The notes beneath the pieces were generated by a model. That model ran no database searches, was not told the DNA's origin, and worked only from the letters and a program-made list of their open reading frames with translations. 64,000 nucleotides of DNA, taken from the NCBI GenBank assembly GCA_964343575.1, contig CAYFJV010000002.1:319585-383584 (forward strand), read 5' to 3'. This document shows positions 9,004-19,105 of this stretch, one piece after another (positions within the stretch are counted from its first letter, which is position 1; each line of letters begins with the position of its first letter). The stretch comes from an uncultured Methanosarcinales archaeon (GTDB taxonomy: Archaea; Nanobdellota; Nanobdellia; Woesearchaeales; GW2011-AR9). A program made the position numbers and the translations under genes.

Positions 9004-9972
9004 TCACTCTTCCTCAACAAAGAGATTCTCATTTGGTAATCTAGAAGAGAAGAAACGCTCTTTATAGACAAGAAGTTCAATATCTTTGATGTCGCTGCCA
9101 AAGAGTTTTTCTACCTTCTCAATGTTCTCAATGAGCTCGTCAAAGTTTTTTCCAAAAAGTGTAGTTTCGATGTTCCATTTTCCAAACATTCTTCGTGTTC
9201 TTCCAAAACGAACGTCAGAGTAGAGAAGTGTTTTCAATTTGTCTTCATGTTTAGAAATGTTATCAAGATCAATAAGCACTACGCACCAAAAGTTATGTCC
9301 CACTTTTTTTGGCCAATGTCTCGTCAGAAACCCTTCTATAAGCCCGCTGTTCATATGGCGCTTCATCTTTTGCCGAATGGTTTCAATGGACATTCCAGTC
9401 TCTTTTGCAAGAGCAACCAGTGAACTTGTAGGACTTTTCTCTAGCGCCCAGAGGAGCGCTTTATCCCCTTTAGCCAACTTTACTTTTTGTTTAGCTTCAT
9501 CTTTCTTTTTCTCAGTGGAGAAAGCACTAGTATAATATGACTCTTTTTTGAGAAGTTTTCTCTCTAAGAGTACTTCTTTTGCTGCGATGTATTCTCCGAA
9601 TTCCTTCTCTACTCCTTCCAAAAATGCTTCTAGTTCAGCAAGCTCTTTCACAACAAGAGCAACTCTTAAGTTGAATTTAGGGAAGGGAGAGCCAAACCAA
9701 CGCACATTTGGGTTTTTCTCTATCTTTGCACAGATCTTTTCTTTGATCCTATCAAAGTGCATCATCTTTAGGTAAATCACATATTCAGAGTAACCTAATG
9801 CCTTAAAGTTGAGAATGAGTTCGTAACCTCTGATAATGCCATCTTTTTCAAGTTTGCTTCGATGGTATTTAGCAATATGTCTTGGTTGTCCAATTCGCTT
9901 GGCAAGCTCGGTTGTGCTAATTCTGCAATTGCCAGAGAGGATCTCCAAAGTTTTTAGCATCTTCTGCTCCAT
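9004..9972 (-). CDS. Lrp/AsnC family regulator, tandem duplicated HTH-RAM
   Basis: Same architecture as 6055-7005 with clear sequence similarity (CRIST.ELA, VGHNFWCV). Confidence 0.85.
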   Translation of the reverse strand: MEQKMLKTLEILSGNCRISTTELAKRIGQPRHIAKYHRSKLEKDGIIRGYELILNFKALGYSEYVIYLKMMHFDRIKEKICAKIEKNPNVRWFGSPFPKFNLRVALVVKELAELEAFLEGVEKEFGEYIAAKEVLLERKLLKKESYYTSAFSTEKKKDEAKQKVKLAKGDKALLWALEKSPTSSLVALAKETGMSIETIRQKMKRHMNSGLIEGFLTRHWPKKVGHNFWCVVLIDLDNISKHEDKLKTLLYSDVRFGRTRRMFGKWNIETTLFGKNFDELIENIEKVEKLFGSDIKDIELLVYKERFFSSRLPNENLFVEEE

Positions 9973-10180
9973 TGCACTCTAAATTTCAAAGATCCTTTAT
10001 AAACATTTCCCGAAAATGTTGGGGTTTTGTCTCCGTTTTCTTTTTCGAAGAAGAGAACTTTTGGTCTTTTTTTGTTCCAAAAGAACTAATTTTTCTGCCT
10101 GTCTGGCAAAGAAGGGAGAAATTATTTCAAGGCCACGGCAAGCCTGGGAAAGAATAAAAAAATAAAATATGTTTTTAGGT

Positions 10181-10426
10181 TTATTCTTCGATAGTTTCTT
10201 CTAAACTGTCAAGTTCTTCATCAACTTCGTCAATATCTGCATCTGTGTCAGCAAGAGTGTCATCAAGCTCTTCAAGTTCCTCTAGAGCTTCGTCAATCTC
10301 TTCTTCACTTACTTCTACTTCTTCAGCGACTTCTTCTGTGCTTTCTTCAACATCAACTGTTGTTTGACAAGCCATCAAAAAGAGAGCTGCAAAGAGTACA
10401 AGTGCGATAGCTAAGATCTTTTTCAT
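10181..10426 (-). CDS. Small acidic lipoprotein
   Basis: Signal peptide with lipobox-like LMAC, followed by a very Asp/Glu-rich tail. Confidence 0.7.
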   Translation of the reverse strand: MKKILAIALVLFAALFLMACQTTVDVEESTEEVAEEVEVSEEEIDEALEELEELDDTLADTDADIDEVDEELDSLEETIEE

Positions 10427-10611
10427 TTTTTCACCTCAGTCATTTTTTTCCGTATACTTGGAAGAATGTAATAAGCAAGCAGGGCGGTAAAGGCGAGCAC
10501 GAGCCAAAAAAGCAAAGGGTCCGTGATTTGCATTGCAAACAAAACTAGGTTGAAGACGAGTAGCACCGTTAGAATAACCGCAGCGATTTTGAGTGATTGT
10601 TGCTTTTTCAT
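10423..10611 (-). CDS. Small two-TM membrane protein
   Basis: Two hydrophobic segments; 4-nt overlaps with hisS and the next gene. Confidence 0.65.
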   Translation of the reverse strand: MKKQQSLKIAAVILTVLLVFNLVLFAMQITDPLLFWLVLAFTALLAYYILPSIRKKMTEVKK

Positions 10612-11894
10612 TTTTCTTTTTTTAGTATTTTTACTGCTTCTTTACTTGTGATCAGTTTCTCTTCACCACTGTTAAGGTCTCGGAGCAAGAGCTTCTTTTG
10701 TTTTGCTTCTTTTTCTCCGATGATTACTGCAAAGGGAATACCAAGAGCGTTTGCGTATTGTAGGTTTTTGCTCAGGCCTTTTTTCCCTAGTGCAAAGTCA
10801 GTGGCAATGCCAGCTTTTCTTAGCTCTTGTGCAATCTTGAGTGCCTTTGCGCTTTCTATGAGGGGAATTACAAGTACGCTGGCCGGAGTTTTTACTGCCT
10901 TATCTTTACTTTGTTTAAGTGCTTCAACTATGGGAACAAGTCCAAAACTTACTCCCACTGCAGGCACTTCTCGTTTTCCTCCAAGAAAACCACCTACCAT
11001 GTCATCGTAACGTCCCCCTCCTGCAATGGAAGAAGTAATTTTGCTCTCCTTAAGAAAGGCTTCAAGCACAGTTCCTGTGTAATAGGCCTGTCCCCTTGCT
11101 AAAGAAACATCAAACTTGTTGCTTTTTACCCCCATCTCTTTGAGATAAGAAAAGAGTTCTTCTAACTCTTTGAGCCCTTCTTTTCCTTCAGAGTTGGTTA
11201 TTTTTTTCTTCAGTTCTTTGATTGTTGTGGCTTTGCTTATGATCTCTAATACTTCTTTTGTTTGTTTTGTGCTGTAGCCTCTTTCTTCTAACTCTTTTGC
11301 AACACCTTTTTTCCCGATCTTATCTAACTTGTCAATCGCAATGACGGCTTCTTTTCTTTTTTTGATGCCAGCCTGATTAAGGATGCCATTGAGAACTTTT
11401 CGGTTGTTAATTTTAATTTCAAAGTTGAAGTTGAGTTCTCTGAACACTCCATCAAGAATGGCAATTTGTTCTGCTTCGGCGAGCATACTTTTTGTTCCAA
11501 TGGTATCTGCGTCACATTGCCAAAATTGTCTTGTTCTTCCTAGTTTAATTGGTCCGTCTCTAAAATTTGGGCCCATTTCATAGCGTTTGAAAGGCATTTT
11601 AATGGTTGGATTCATAGCAATGTATCTTGCAAGAGAAGTGGTAAGCTCGAATCTGAGCGCAAGCTTTCTTTTCCCTTGATCAGTAAATTGAAAGGTTTCT
11701 TTAAGTACGTCACTTCCTGCTCCTGCTCCGAACTTTGCAGCAAGGGTTTCGTATCTTTCGATGATAGGTGTCTCTAGGGGAGCGAAACCATACTTTTCAA
11801 AGGTTTTTGAGATGATATTTACTACTTTGTTTTTGAGTATTTTTTCTTCTGGACTAAAGTCTTTAACTCCTTTTGCTAATTGAAATTTTGCCAT
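10608..11894 (-). CDS. hisS: Histidyl-tRNA synthetase
   Basis: KGVKDF, LRFELT, RQFWQCDAD, ARGQAYYTG, GGGRYD; anticodon-binding domain. Confidence 0.97.
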   Translation of the reverse strand: MAKFQLAKGVKDFSPEEKILKNKVVNIISKTFEKYGFAPLETPIIERYETLAAKFGAGAGSDVLKETFQFTDQGKRKLALRFELTTSLARYIAMNPTIKMPFKRYEMGPNFRDGPIKLGRTRQFWQCDADTIGTKSMLAEAEQIAILDGVFRELNFNFEIKINNRKVLNGILNQAGIKKRKEAVIAIDKLDKIGKKGVAKELEERGYSTKQTKEVLEIISKATTIKELKKKITNSEGKEGLKELEELFSYLKEMGVKSNKFDVSLARGQAYYTGTVLEAFLKESKITSSIAGGGRYDDMVGGFLGGKREVPAVGVSFGLVPIVEALKQSKDKAVKTPASVLVIPLIESAKALKIAQELRKAGIATDFALGKKGLSKNLQYANALGIPFAVIIGEKEAKQKKLLLRDLNSGEEKLITSKEAVKILKKEK

Positions 11895-12125
11895 TTTGAA
11901 ATCTCCTTGAACATTTTATTGTTCTTTTGTCTCTTATAATTCTTTGTTTTTTGATGAAAGCCTCTTTAATCTAGCTAGCAATGCAGGAGAATCTTTAAGT
12001 TGACACTAGAAATGTTGAGAAGTTTAGTTGTTTGTTTGCCGATGATGAATACAATCAGCCCCGGTTTGTGTCATGCTAGGTAGGGGGCTTGTGTTTTATT
12101 TAAAGTTTTACTTGTGTTTTTATCC

Positions 12126-12249
12126 TTGGCGCTGGGCGGAGCGGGGCCAGAGGTACTCTTGTCCGCCGGTAGCTTTTCTTTCAGAAAAGGGCTCCCAAGA
12201 GCTTCGCTGCTTTCTTCTCATTTTCCCAGCAGAGACGCCAGCGCGCCAA
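12126..12249. ncRNA. Structured intergenic element, copy 2 of 3
   Basis: Closing stem TTGGCGC/GCGCCAA; core ACTCTTGTCCGCC...CTTTTC/GAAAAG...GGCTCCCAAGAG. Confidence 0.6.
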
Positions 12250-12269
12250 AGAAGTTAATTTAAGAAAAA

Positions 12270-12345
12270 TGGGGCGATCGGGGGGAATTGAACCCCCGTC
12301 TCCGGATCCACAGTCCGGAATAATAACCATTATACGACGATCGCC
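12270..12345 (-). tRNA. tRNA-His(GTG) with encoded G-1 and CCA
   Basis: Cloverleaf with anticodon arm CCGGA-CTGTGGA-TCCGG and 8-bp acceptor GGCGATCG/CGATCGCC followed by CCA. Confidence 0.95.
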
Positions 12346-12409
12346 ATGAAGTGATTGTTGTGGGCTTAGAGATCCAAGGTGCTTTAAAAAATTTCCTAAG
12401 AAGTAGTGC

Positions 12410-14041
12410 TTACATCATTCCAGAATGCATCGCATTGGGAGGGAGTTGGTGGTTGTGTGGGGTAGCTGTTTTGCTTGAACCTGCAAGAAGAATATCATCA
12501 ATTCTGAGGATCATCTCAGCAACTTCGGTCGCGCTTGCTAAAGCTTGAGTTTTAATTTTGAGTGGTTCAATAACACCCTCTTGCCAAGCATCCATGACAT
12601 CTCCCGTAAAGACATTGATCCCTGGCCATGGGAGCTGAGAAGCATTTAATTTTGTAAGCGTGTCAATGGGATCAATCCCTGCATTTTCTGCAAGGGTTCT
12701 TGGAATGATCTCAAGTGCTTTAGCAAAGGCCTGCACTGCTAATTGTTCTCTTCCTTGTAGACTTTGAGCATATTTGTTCAGCTCTCTTTGTAAGATGATT
12801 TCGGTAGCTCCCGCTCCAGCAAGCACTTTTCCTTCTTCGAAGGTGGCTGCAAGGTCTCCTAGCGCATCTTCCACCGCGCGAGCGATCTCTTCAACGCTAT
12901 GTTGGGTCGTTCCACAAAGAAGGAGGGTGAGCGCTTTAGGGTTAGGACAGTGCTCGATGTAGATGAATTCTTCGTCATCAGTTTTCTCTTCTCTCACACT
13001 TCCTGCTCTTCCTAGTTGTTCTTGGGTGATGTCTTTCCAGTTATTGATTATTTTTCCTTGGGTTGCCTTGGCAATTTTTTCCATATCACTTTTTCTTACT
13101 CTTCTTAGCGCAAGAATGCCTGCTTTTGCCAAAAAATGTTGTGCTAACTCATCAATTCCTTTTTGACAACAAACTACTGTTGCTCCACTTTGAATTATTT
13201 TTTCAACCATAGTCTTGAGCATACGTTCTTCTTGTTCGAGATAAAGGTTAAGCTGCTGTGGACTAGTAATTTGTATCTTGGCATCAATCTCAGTGTTTCT
13301 GATCTCAAGAGGAGTATTAAGTAAAGCAATTTTTGCATTCTCCACTTGTTTTGGCATTTCGGGGTGTACCCGTTCTTTGTCTAAGACAATTCCTTTGATG
13401 AGCTGACTTTTTGCTGTATCTTTTCCTACTCTTTTTTCAATTTTGATATTATTGAGATCAACTTTGTTCTCTCTTGCTATTGCTTGTACTGCATCAACAA
13501 GGAGTTTGGAAAGAACTTCTTTGTTTGCCTCTGCACCTTTTCCTGTCATTGCTGTACTGGCGATTTTTTTGAGTAGATTATTGTTGGGGTCATGAATGTT
13601 GTTTGTTTCTTGTGCAATTGTTCTGAGCACTTCTTGCGCCCTTTTTCCAGCTAAACGGTAGCCTTTTGCTATGATTGTTGGGTGAATCTCAAGATCAAGC
13701 AATTCTTCTGCTCTCTTGAGCAGTTCTCCTGCAATGACCACAGAAGTAGTAGTTCCATCACCAACACTTTTTTCCTGATTCTTAGCAAGTTCGACAAGCA
13801 TTTTTGCTGCAGGATGCTCGATTTGCATTTCTCTAAGAATAGTTACTCCGTCATTTGTCACTGTACTTTCTTGTGTGTTGGCATCGACAATCATTTTATC
13901 CATGCCTTTTGGACCCAGGGTGCTTCGCACAGCATCAGCTACAGCTCTTGCTGCTGCAATGTTGTTTCTTTGTGCATTTTTGCCACTGGTTTGTTTACTC
14001 TCTTCTGGCATAATAAAAATGGGTTGCATGGGTTGAGACAT
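12410..14041 (-). CDS. ths: Thermosome (group II chaperonin) subunit
   Basis: [33 protein letters not shown]. Confidence 0.97.
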   Translation of the reverse strand: MSQPMQPIFIMPEESKQTSGKNAQRNNIAAARAVADAVRSTLGPKGMDKMIVDANTQESTVTNDGVTILREMQIEHPAAKMLVELAKNQEKSVGDGTTTSVVIAGELLKRAEELLDLEIHPTIIAKGYRLAGKRAQEVLRTIAQETNNIHDPNNNLLKKIASTAMTGKGAEANKEVLSKLLVDAVQAIARENKVDLNNIKIEKRVGKDTAKSQLIKGIVLDKERVHPEMPKQVENAKIALLNTPLEIRNTEIDAKIQITSPQQLNLYLEQEERMLKTMVEKIIQSGATVVCCQKGIDELAQHFLAKAGILALRRVRKSDMEKIAKATQGKIINNWKDITQEQLGRAGSVREEKTDDEEFIYIEHCPNPKALTLLLCGTTQHSVEEIARAVEDALGDLAATFEEGKVLAGAGATEIILQRELNKYAQSLQGREQLAVQAFAKALEIIPRTLAENAGIDPIDTLTKLNASQLPWPGINVFTGDVMDAWQEGVIEPLKIKTQALASATEVAEMILRIDDILLAGSSKTATPHNHQLPPNAMHSGMM

Positions 14042-14121
14042 ATGGTTCTTTTTGCCTATTTTTTATTTATAAAGCTTAAGTATTGAAGTTCTTTTATATG
14101 AGGAGTGTTTTCTCTTTGTTT

Positions 14122-14436
14122 ATGTTTGTTGGTGAAGGAGAGTGTTCTTTGGTTCGAAGGCTCCGAGAGGGAGTTCAAGAGAGAGTTCGGGAATGCGGGG
14201 AATGGGTTCTTGACAGATCTCAAAGAGTTGAGGATTTTGGAGAAAAACATCCCTTATTAGGAGGATTGGATGAACTTCTTATGCCGACTTCTCTTCTTCG
14301 TAGTGTCTACTTTGGGAGAGAAAGAGATATTGCTTTTGGCAGGGAAGGGCCTGCTTGGACAGCCCCCTTACTTTATGTTGGAGCAACGGGGATGGAAACG
14401 CTTCGTTTGGGCCTCTATGTTTCCCTCTTTTACTAA
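14122..14436 (+). CDS. Hypothetical protein
   Basis: ORF filling the gap between ths and the MBL gene; no motif. Confidence 0.4.
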   Translation: MFVGEGECSLVRRLREGVQERVRECGEWVLDRSQRVEDFGEKHPLLGGLDELLMPTSLLRSVYFGRERDIAFGREGPAWTAPLLYVGATGMETLRLGLYVSLFY

Positions 14437-14542
14437 TTCAATCTGCTCTCTCATTCTACTCTACTCATTCTACACATTCAACTACAATAATGCTTATTAA
14501 GCTTTTTTTGAATGGGGAATTGAGGGTTTGAGGATATAGCTT

Positions 14543-15349
14543 ATGGCACGTATTATTTTTCTTGGAACAGCAGGGAACACCGCAGTAGTTGGTAAAAACT
14601 TGCGAGCGTCTGGTGGGATTGTGGTGCAGCTTGGCGATTTGCAGTTCCATCTTGATCCTGGGCCGGGAGCTTTAAGTCAGGCAGGAAAGTATGGTGTTAA
14701 CCTGCGTAACACTACTGCCATTTTGGTTTCTCACAAACATCTTAATCATTGTAATGATCTTAATGTGCTTATTGACACGCTCACTTACTCTGGAATGGAG
14801 CGCCGTGGCGTTTTGGTTGCTGCCAAGTCAGTAGTGCAGCCAAGTGATGGGGAAAGACCAATCTTATTGCAGCATTTCCAGAAGATGCTTGAGAAAATTA
14901 TTGTTCTTGAAAAAGGAAGTAAAGTTGGTGTGGACTTGATCGAAATTCATGCGCTCAGTGCTCAGCATAGTGATCCCAGTGCTGTTGGCTTCAAGCTATT
15001 TTGTCCAAAATTTGTGATGAGTTATGTTGGTGATACTACTTTGCATGATGGCCTTGTGGAAGAACTTGCTGGAACTGATTTACTGGTTTTGAATGTTCCT
15101 TATCCTGGAAAAACAGGGAGGGGATTGAATTTAGATACTGATGCAGCACTTGAACTGATTATGAAAGTGCGACCTAAGATTGCGGTGCTCACCCATTTTG
15201 GTGTTGAGATGCTCAAAGCTGATCCGCTTCAGGAAGCTCGTCGTATTCAAAAAATAACAGGCGTGCAAACCATTGCAGCAAAAGATGGTCTAGTACTTGC
15301 TCCTGCTTCTTTTAGCACGCCAAAGAGCCCAGTGAAAGGGTATTACTAA
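14543..15349 (+). CDS. MBL-fold metallo-hydrolase
   Basis: FLGTAG, LDPGPG, SHKHLNH (HxHxDH variant), AQH, GDT, LTHFG. Confidence 0.9.
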   Translation: MARIIFLGTAGNTAVVGKNLRASGGIVVQLGDLQFHLDPGPGALSQAGKYGVNLRNTTAILVSHKHLNHCNDLNVLIDTLTYSGMERRGVLVAAKSVVQPSDGERPILLQHFQKMLEKIIVLEKGSKVGVDLIEIHALSAQHSDPSAVGFKLFCPKFVMSYVGDTTLHDGLVEELAGTDLLVLNVPYPGKTGRGLNLDTDAALELIMKVRPKIAVLTHFGVEMLKADPLQEARRIQKITGVQTIAAKDGLVLAPASFSTPKSPVKGYY

Positions 15350-15380
15350 GTTTGTTATTAATGTTCTTAGAATTGAGTTA

Positions 15381-16337
15381 TTAAACAAGCCCGATCGCCC
15401 AAACAAAACCAAGGCCAATAAAACAAGCAATGGCTAATGGTGGCATTGCCGGATAGAATTTCTTTTCTTGACTCGTAAAGAGCAAGGCAGCAAGGCCTGC
15501 AGTTGTAAACAGTGGAATAATCAACGCAGGAATCATACCAAACTCCTTGAAGACAACTCCTGCGAAGAAAAGTGGGAAAGAAATGTCTCCTCCACCAAGA
15601 ATCGCTGAGCGTAACTCTGCTTTTTCCCTCTTTGCTTTTGGTGGGGTCTTTTTGCTTTTACTTTTTGTTATTTTTGCTACAGTTTTGTTTGTAATTGTTT
15701 CTTGTTTTGTTGAAAATAAAATTTTACTTTTCCCCTCTTTACTCACACTGTAGGGTAGGGAAAGTCCAGCAAAAATGTTTGCTTGTGATTGCGCCTTTGC
15801 AAGTGTTACCATATGCTTTGATCTCCAGACAGCATACATATCATAAAGTGAAATCAAAATTAAGAGGATAACAATTGAGTTGAGATTAAAGATTGGAACA
15901 AAAAGTGCAGCAAGCCCGGCGTAGATGAAAGGTTCTGAAAGGTTGTGAATTATTGGATTTGGTTTGAATATTTTCCAGATACCTACAATAATTCCAATTG
16001 CTAATGAGATGAGTGCTGGAAGAAAAGCATCCATTGCTAAAGTAATACTAATTACTACTGCTAGCAAGAACCAAGCTCTCCAAATTTTGAAGGCCTTGAA
16101 CTTTATGAGTAGGAGAAGTATTCCTGTTCCGATGAGAAGGATGATTATTAGTGGAAGATAAGCAGTTTGTGGCTCAATGTCGGGCCTTTCCACAAAACTT
16201 GGTTCTTGAAAAACTGTTTCTCCTTGTTCTTCGCTGAGTACAGGATCAACATATTGCCCAACCACTGCAAGACCAATGAACTGGCTTACTAAAAAGATTG
16301 TGAGAAGAAGTAGGGTAATTTTTGTGCTGTGTTTCAT
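15381..16337 (-). CDS. Presenilin-family intramembrane aspartyl protease
   Basis: Multi-TM protein with catalytic YD (SLYDMYAVW), GxGD (LGGGD) and PAL-like (YPAMP) motifs. Confidence 0.92.
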   Translation of the reverse strand: MKHSTKITLLLLTIFLVSQFIGLAVVGQYVDPVLSEEQGETVFQEPSFVERPDIEPQTAYLPLIIILLIGTGILLLLIKFKAFKIWRAWFLLAVVISITLAMDAFLPALISLAIGIIVGIWKIFKPNPIIHNLSEPFIYAGLAALFVPIFNLNSIVILLILISLYDMYAVWRSKHMVTLAKAQSQANIFAGLSLPYSVSKEGKSKILFSTKQETITNKTVAKITKSKSKKTPPKAKREKAELRSAILGGGDISFPLFFAGVVFKEFGMIPALIIPLFTTAGLAALLFTSQEKKFYPAMPPLAIACFIGLGFVWAIGLV

Positions 16338-16367
16338 TTGTTCTTGCCTTGTTGTTGTCTACATTCA

Positions 16368-17483
16368 CTATTTGTTATTGTTGTTCTCTTTTTTCGCTGC
16401 CTGCTTTTGTTCTTTGAGAATTTTTTGTAGCTCTTTTTTATGTGGCATTTTTCCAAGGAAGGTTTCGATAACAATGATAGTTAAGGCAAGAATCATTGGC
16501 CCGATAAGTACCCCAAAAGCTCCAAAGAAGTAGATCCCTCCAAGCATGCCTACCAAGATAATCCCTGGATGGATTTTTGCTTTGTCACTAATGATCTTTG
16601 GTCGTAAAATGTTGTCGATTCCACTGATTACAAAGGTTCCATAGACAAGTAAGATGATTCCTTTTGCGATGAGAAAGCTTCCTCCTCCTTGCATCCCTTG
16701 TACAAAGAGAACTGCTGATGCCGGAAGCCATACAATCCCCGCCCCCCCATAAGGAATAAGTGCTAGGATTGCCATGACGATTCCCCAAAAGAAGGGTGAT
16801 GGTACGCCAAGGATCAAAAAACCTAGAGTTCCGAGCGCCCCTTGCACACCAGCAACGAGCACGTAACCGTAAATGATTCCTTTGGTTACCTCCCCTAGCC
16901 TGCACACAATGAGTTCGAAGTTCTTCTTTTGGATGCCAAGATAATAACCAATTCCCTTTATGAAAGCAGAACCATCCCTTAGAAAGTAAAAGAGAGTGAA
17001 TAAGAGAACGAAGAGGTTTACCATTAAGGTTGGTATACTTAATACTAACTCTGAGGTCTTTTTGATAAGATAGTTCGTGGCTCCACTACTTATTTTTTCA
17101 AGTTGGAATTTTACATTTGGATTATTAAGAAAGGTATCAAGATTTTGACAAAGTTGTCCTTGACAGTCTTCAGAAACGCTAAGAAAGTCATTATTTTTTA
17201 CGGCTAAATAAACAGTGTATGATTCTTCTGCTAGTTCTTTGACCATGAATGCCGATGGAAGAATGATTAATAGGAGAACTACAAGACAAATAATGAAGGC
17301 ACTTAAGTTTTCTCTGTTAGTTCTTTTCGTTAGACTTTTGTAAACAGGGTACAAACCGTAAGCTAATATCGCTGATAGAAAAAGGACGAGCATAAATGGT
17401 TGAATCACTAAGTAAGAAAGCACAGTGAGAATGATGAATAAGATGATAGGTATTGCTGATTGGAAATGATTTTTCTTATCCAT
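16368..17483 (-). CDS. AI-2E (PerM/UPF0118) family transporter
   Basis: Multi-TM protein with FYFLRDG, LIPYGG, DNILRP and GVLIGP. Confidence 0.92.
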   Translation of the reverse strand: MDKKNHFQSAIPIILFIILTVLSYLVIQPFMLVLFLSAILAYGLYPVYKSLTKRTNRENLSAFIICLVVLLLIILPSAFMVKELAEESYTVYLAVKNNDFLSVSEDCQGQLCQNLDTFLNNPNVKFQLEKISSGATNYLIKKTSELVLSIPTLMVNLFVLLFTLFYFLRDGSAFIKGIGYYLGIQKKNFELIVCRLGEVTKGIIYGYVLVAGVQGALGTLGFLILGVPSPFFWGIVMAILALIPYGGAGIVWLPASAVLFVQGMQGGGSFLIAKGIILLVYGTFVISGIDNILRPKIISDKAKIHPGIILVGMLGGIYFFGAFGVLIGPMILALTIIVIETFLGKMPHKKELQKILKEQKQAAKKENNNNK

Positions 17484-17647
17484 AGTTGAAAAACTATGCT
17501 TGTTTGTGTATATAAAGTTTTTTGCAAAGAGCGGCTTGTGAAAATTAAGACTGCTTTGTCCATTTCTTTTGCTTACACTCGCGAAAGCTTTAAATACGCA
17601 GTTTTGTTCTTTTCTTTGAGATTTTTATTGATAAAAAGAGGATTGAT

Positions 17648-19042
17648 GTGATGAAGCTATTTAGAAAGTTGCCTTTTGTAGTTCTTCTTTCATCCATCTT
17701 GGCTTCTTATTCTGCTTTTGCTGCAACGCCAACAGTTATTACAGACGGAGTTCATTGGCTCTTGACTTTTCAGTTTTTAGTTGATATTAAAATTCTTACT
17801 ACTACTTTGCATCCTATTGATGGAGCTGTGATGTGGATTGTGCTCATTGTTTTTGGACAACTTCTTTTTTGGCTCCTTTCTCGAATTGGTGCCCCTGATG
17901 CTGTGCAGTGGACAGTTTCTGTTGGTGTTCCTGTTGGAATAATGCCTTTTATTGCACAGCCTTCCATTATTGCTTTTGCAGTGTCCCTTGGATCTCTTGT
18001 CTCAGTGTCAATAGCTGCTCTTCCGATAATTGGTTTGGGTTTTGCTTATTTTAGCTTCAGAGAAGCTCCCGGCATACGTTTGGTGATATTCTCTTTGCTT
18101 GCTCTTTTTTTAGAGTTTCTCAAGGTAACAATTGGTGGTCTTGCTACGGGATCTTCAAGCCTTTCAAGTTATATCTCAGCAACTGCTCCTAAGACTTCTT
18201 ATTTCTCAGGCAAGACAATAGTTGATTTTATTGGCGCTGCTGAGGGACTTGCTGTAGTGCTTGCTATTGTTGCTCTCTACCAAACCATTCATTACATCCG
18301 TTATGGTGAAGCTTTTGAGGATGATCCAACTCGTATGCCAAGGGGTGCTGCGGGCTCTGCTTGGGGCGCTGCTAAAGGAGCTCATGGTGCTTATCGTGGT
18401 TGGAGACCTTGGGGAGAGAAAAAGAGGATAAAGAGAATTGCTCGTAAGCTTCGCCGCCGTGATAATCGTAAGGAAGGGAAGTTGATTAAGAAGATTGATG
18501 ACGGCCTTCGCTTAATGCTTCGTGATTTTCTTGTATTCAGAAAAAGGGGGCTTATTGATCCGGCAACTCATGGGAGCGTGATTAATATTGCAAAAGAGGT
18601 TGACGAGGCTTTCACTGAGGCCGCGAATCATTTTAACACAATCACAGCAGAACAGATGAGGGTAAACACTGGTTTGAATAAGTTGTTTGATCAGCTTAAC
18701 CTTGGTCCTCATGAGCAGCAAAAAATTCGGGCGGTTGAGGAGGAAGCTCTGCAAGAGCATATAAAGACAGGTATCGCTCTTCGAGATGCGCGAGATTATT
18801 TTAGAAGAATTCGCCAGAGTAAACAGTGGGGTTTCTTCGAATCTCTTAAGGCTGGCCATCTTGGTAAGGATGGCTTTGTACTTGAATCTGGTGGCCATCC
18901 CTTAAGTTTAGAAAGTCTTGAGTTCATAGGTGAGGCCTTAGAGAGAGATGAGATGAAAACAAGGGAGGCTAAAGCACATCAGCTTGGTGCTGAGGAAAAA
19001 CTTACTCAGTTGCTTGCTTTTGCAGGAAGTTTGGTTGAATAA
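17648..19042 (+). CDS. Multi-pass membrane protein with helical cytoplasmic tail
   Basis: Signal peptide, about 6 TM segments, basic linker and helical C-terminus. Confidence 0.75.
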   Translation: MMKLFRKLPFVVLLSSILASYSAFAATPTVITDGVHWLLTFQFLVDIKILTTTLHPIDGAVMWIVLIVFGQLLFWLLSRIGAPDAVQWTVSVGVPVGIMPFIAQPSIIAFAVSLGSLVSVSIAALPIIGLGFAYFSFREAPGIRLVIFSLLALFLEFLKVTIGGLATGSSSLSSYISATAPKTSYFSGKTIVDFIGAAEGLAVVLAIVALYQTIHYIRYGEAFEDDPTRMPRGAAGSAWGAAKGAHGAYRGWRPWGEKKRIKRIARKLRRRDNRKEGKLIKKIDDGLRLMLRDFLVFRKRGLIDPATHGSVINIAKEVDEAFTEAANHFNTITAEQMRVNTGLNKLFDQLNLGPHEQQKIRAVEEEALQEHIKTGIALRDARDYFRRIRQSKQWGFFESLKAGHLGKDGFVLESGGHPLSLESLEFIGEALERDEMKTREAKAHQLGAEEKLTQLLAFAGSLVE

Positions 19043-19105
19043 ACTCTTCTTTCTTTTTTCCACTCCCAAAAGCCTTATAAACAAAGTTTCTCTTCTTTTC
19101 TCATT

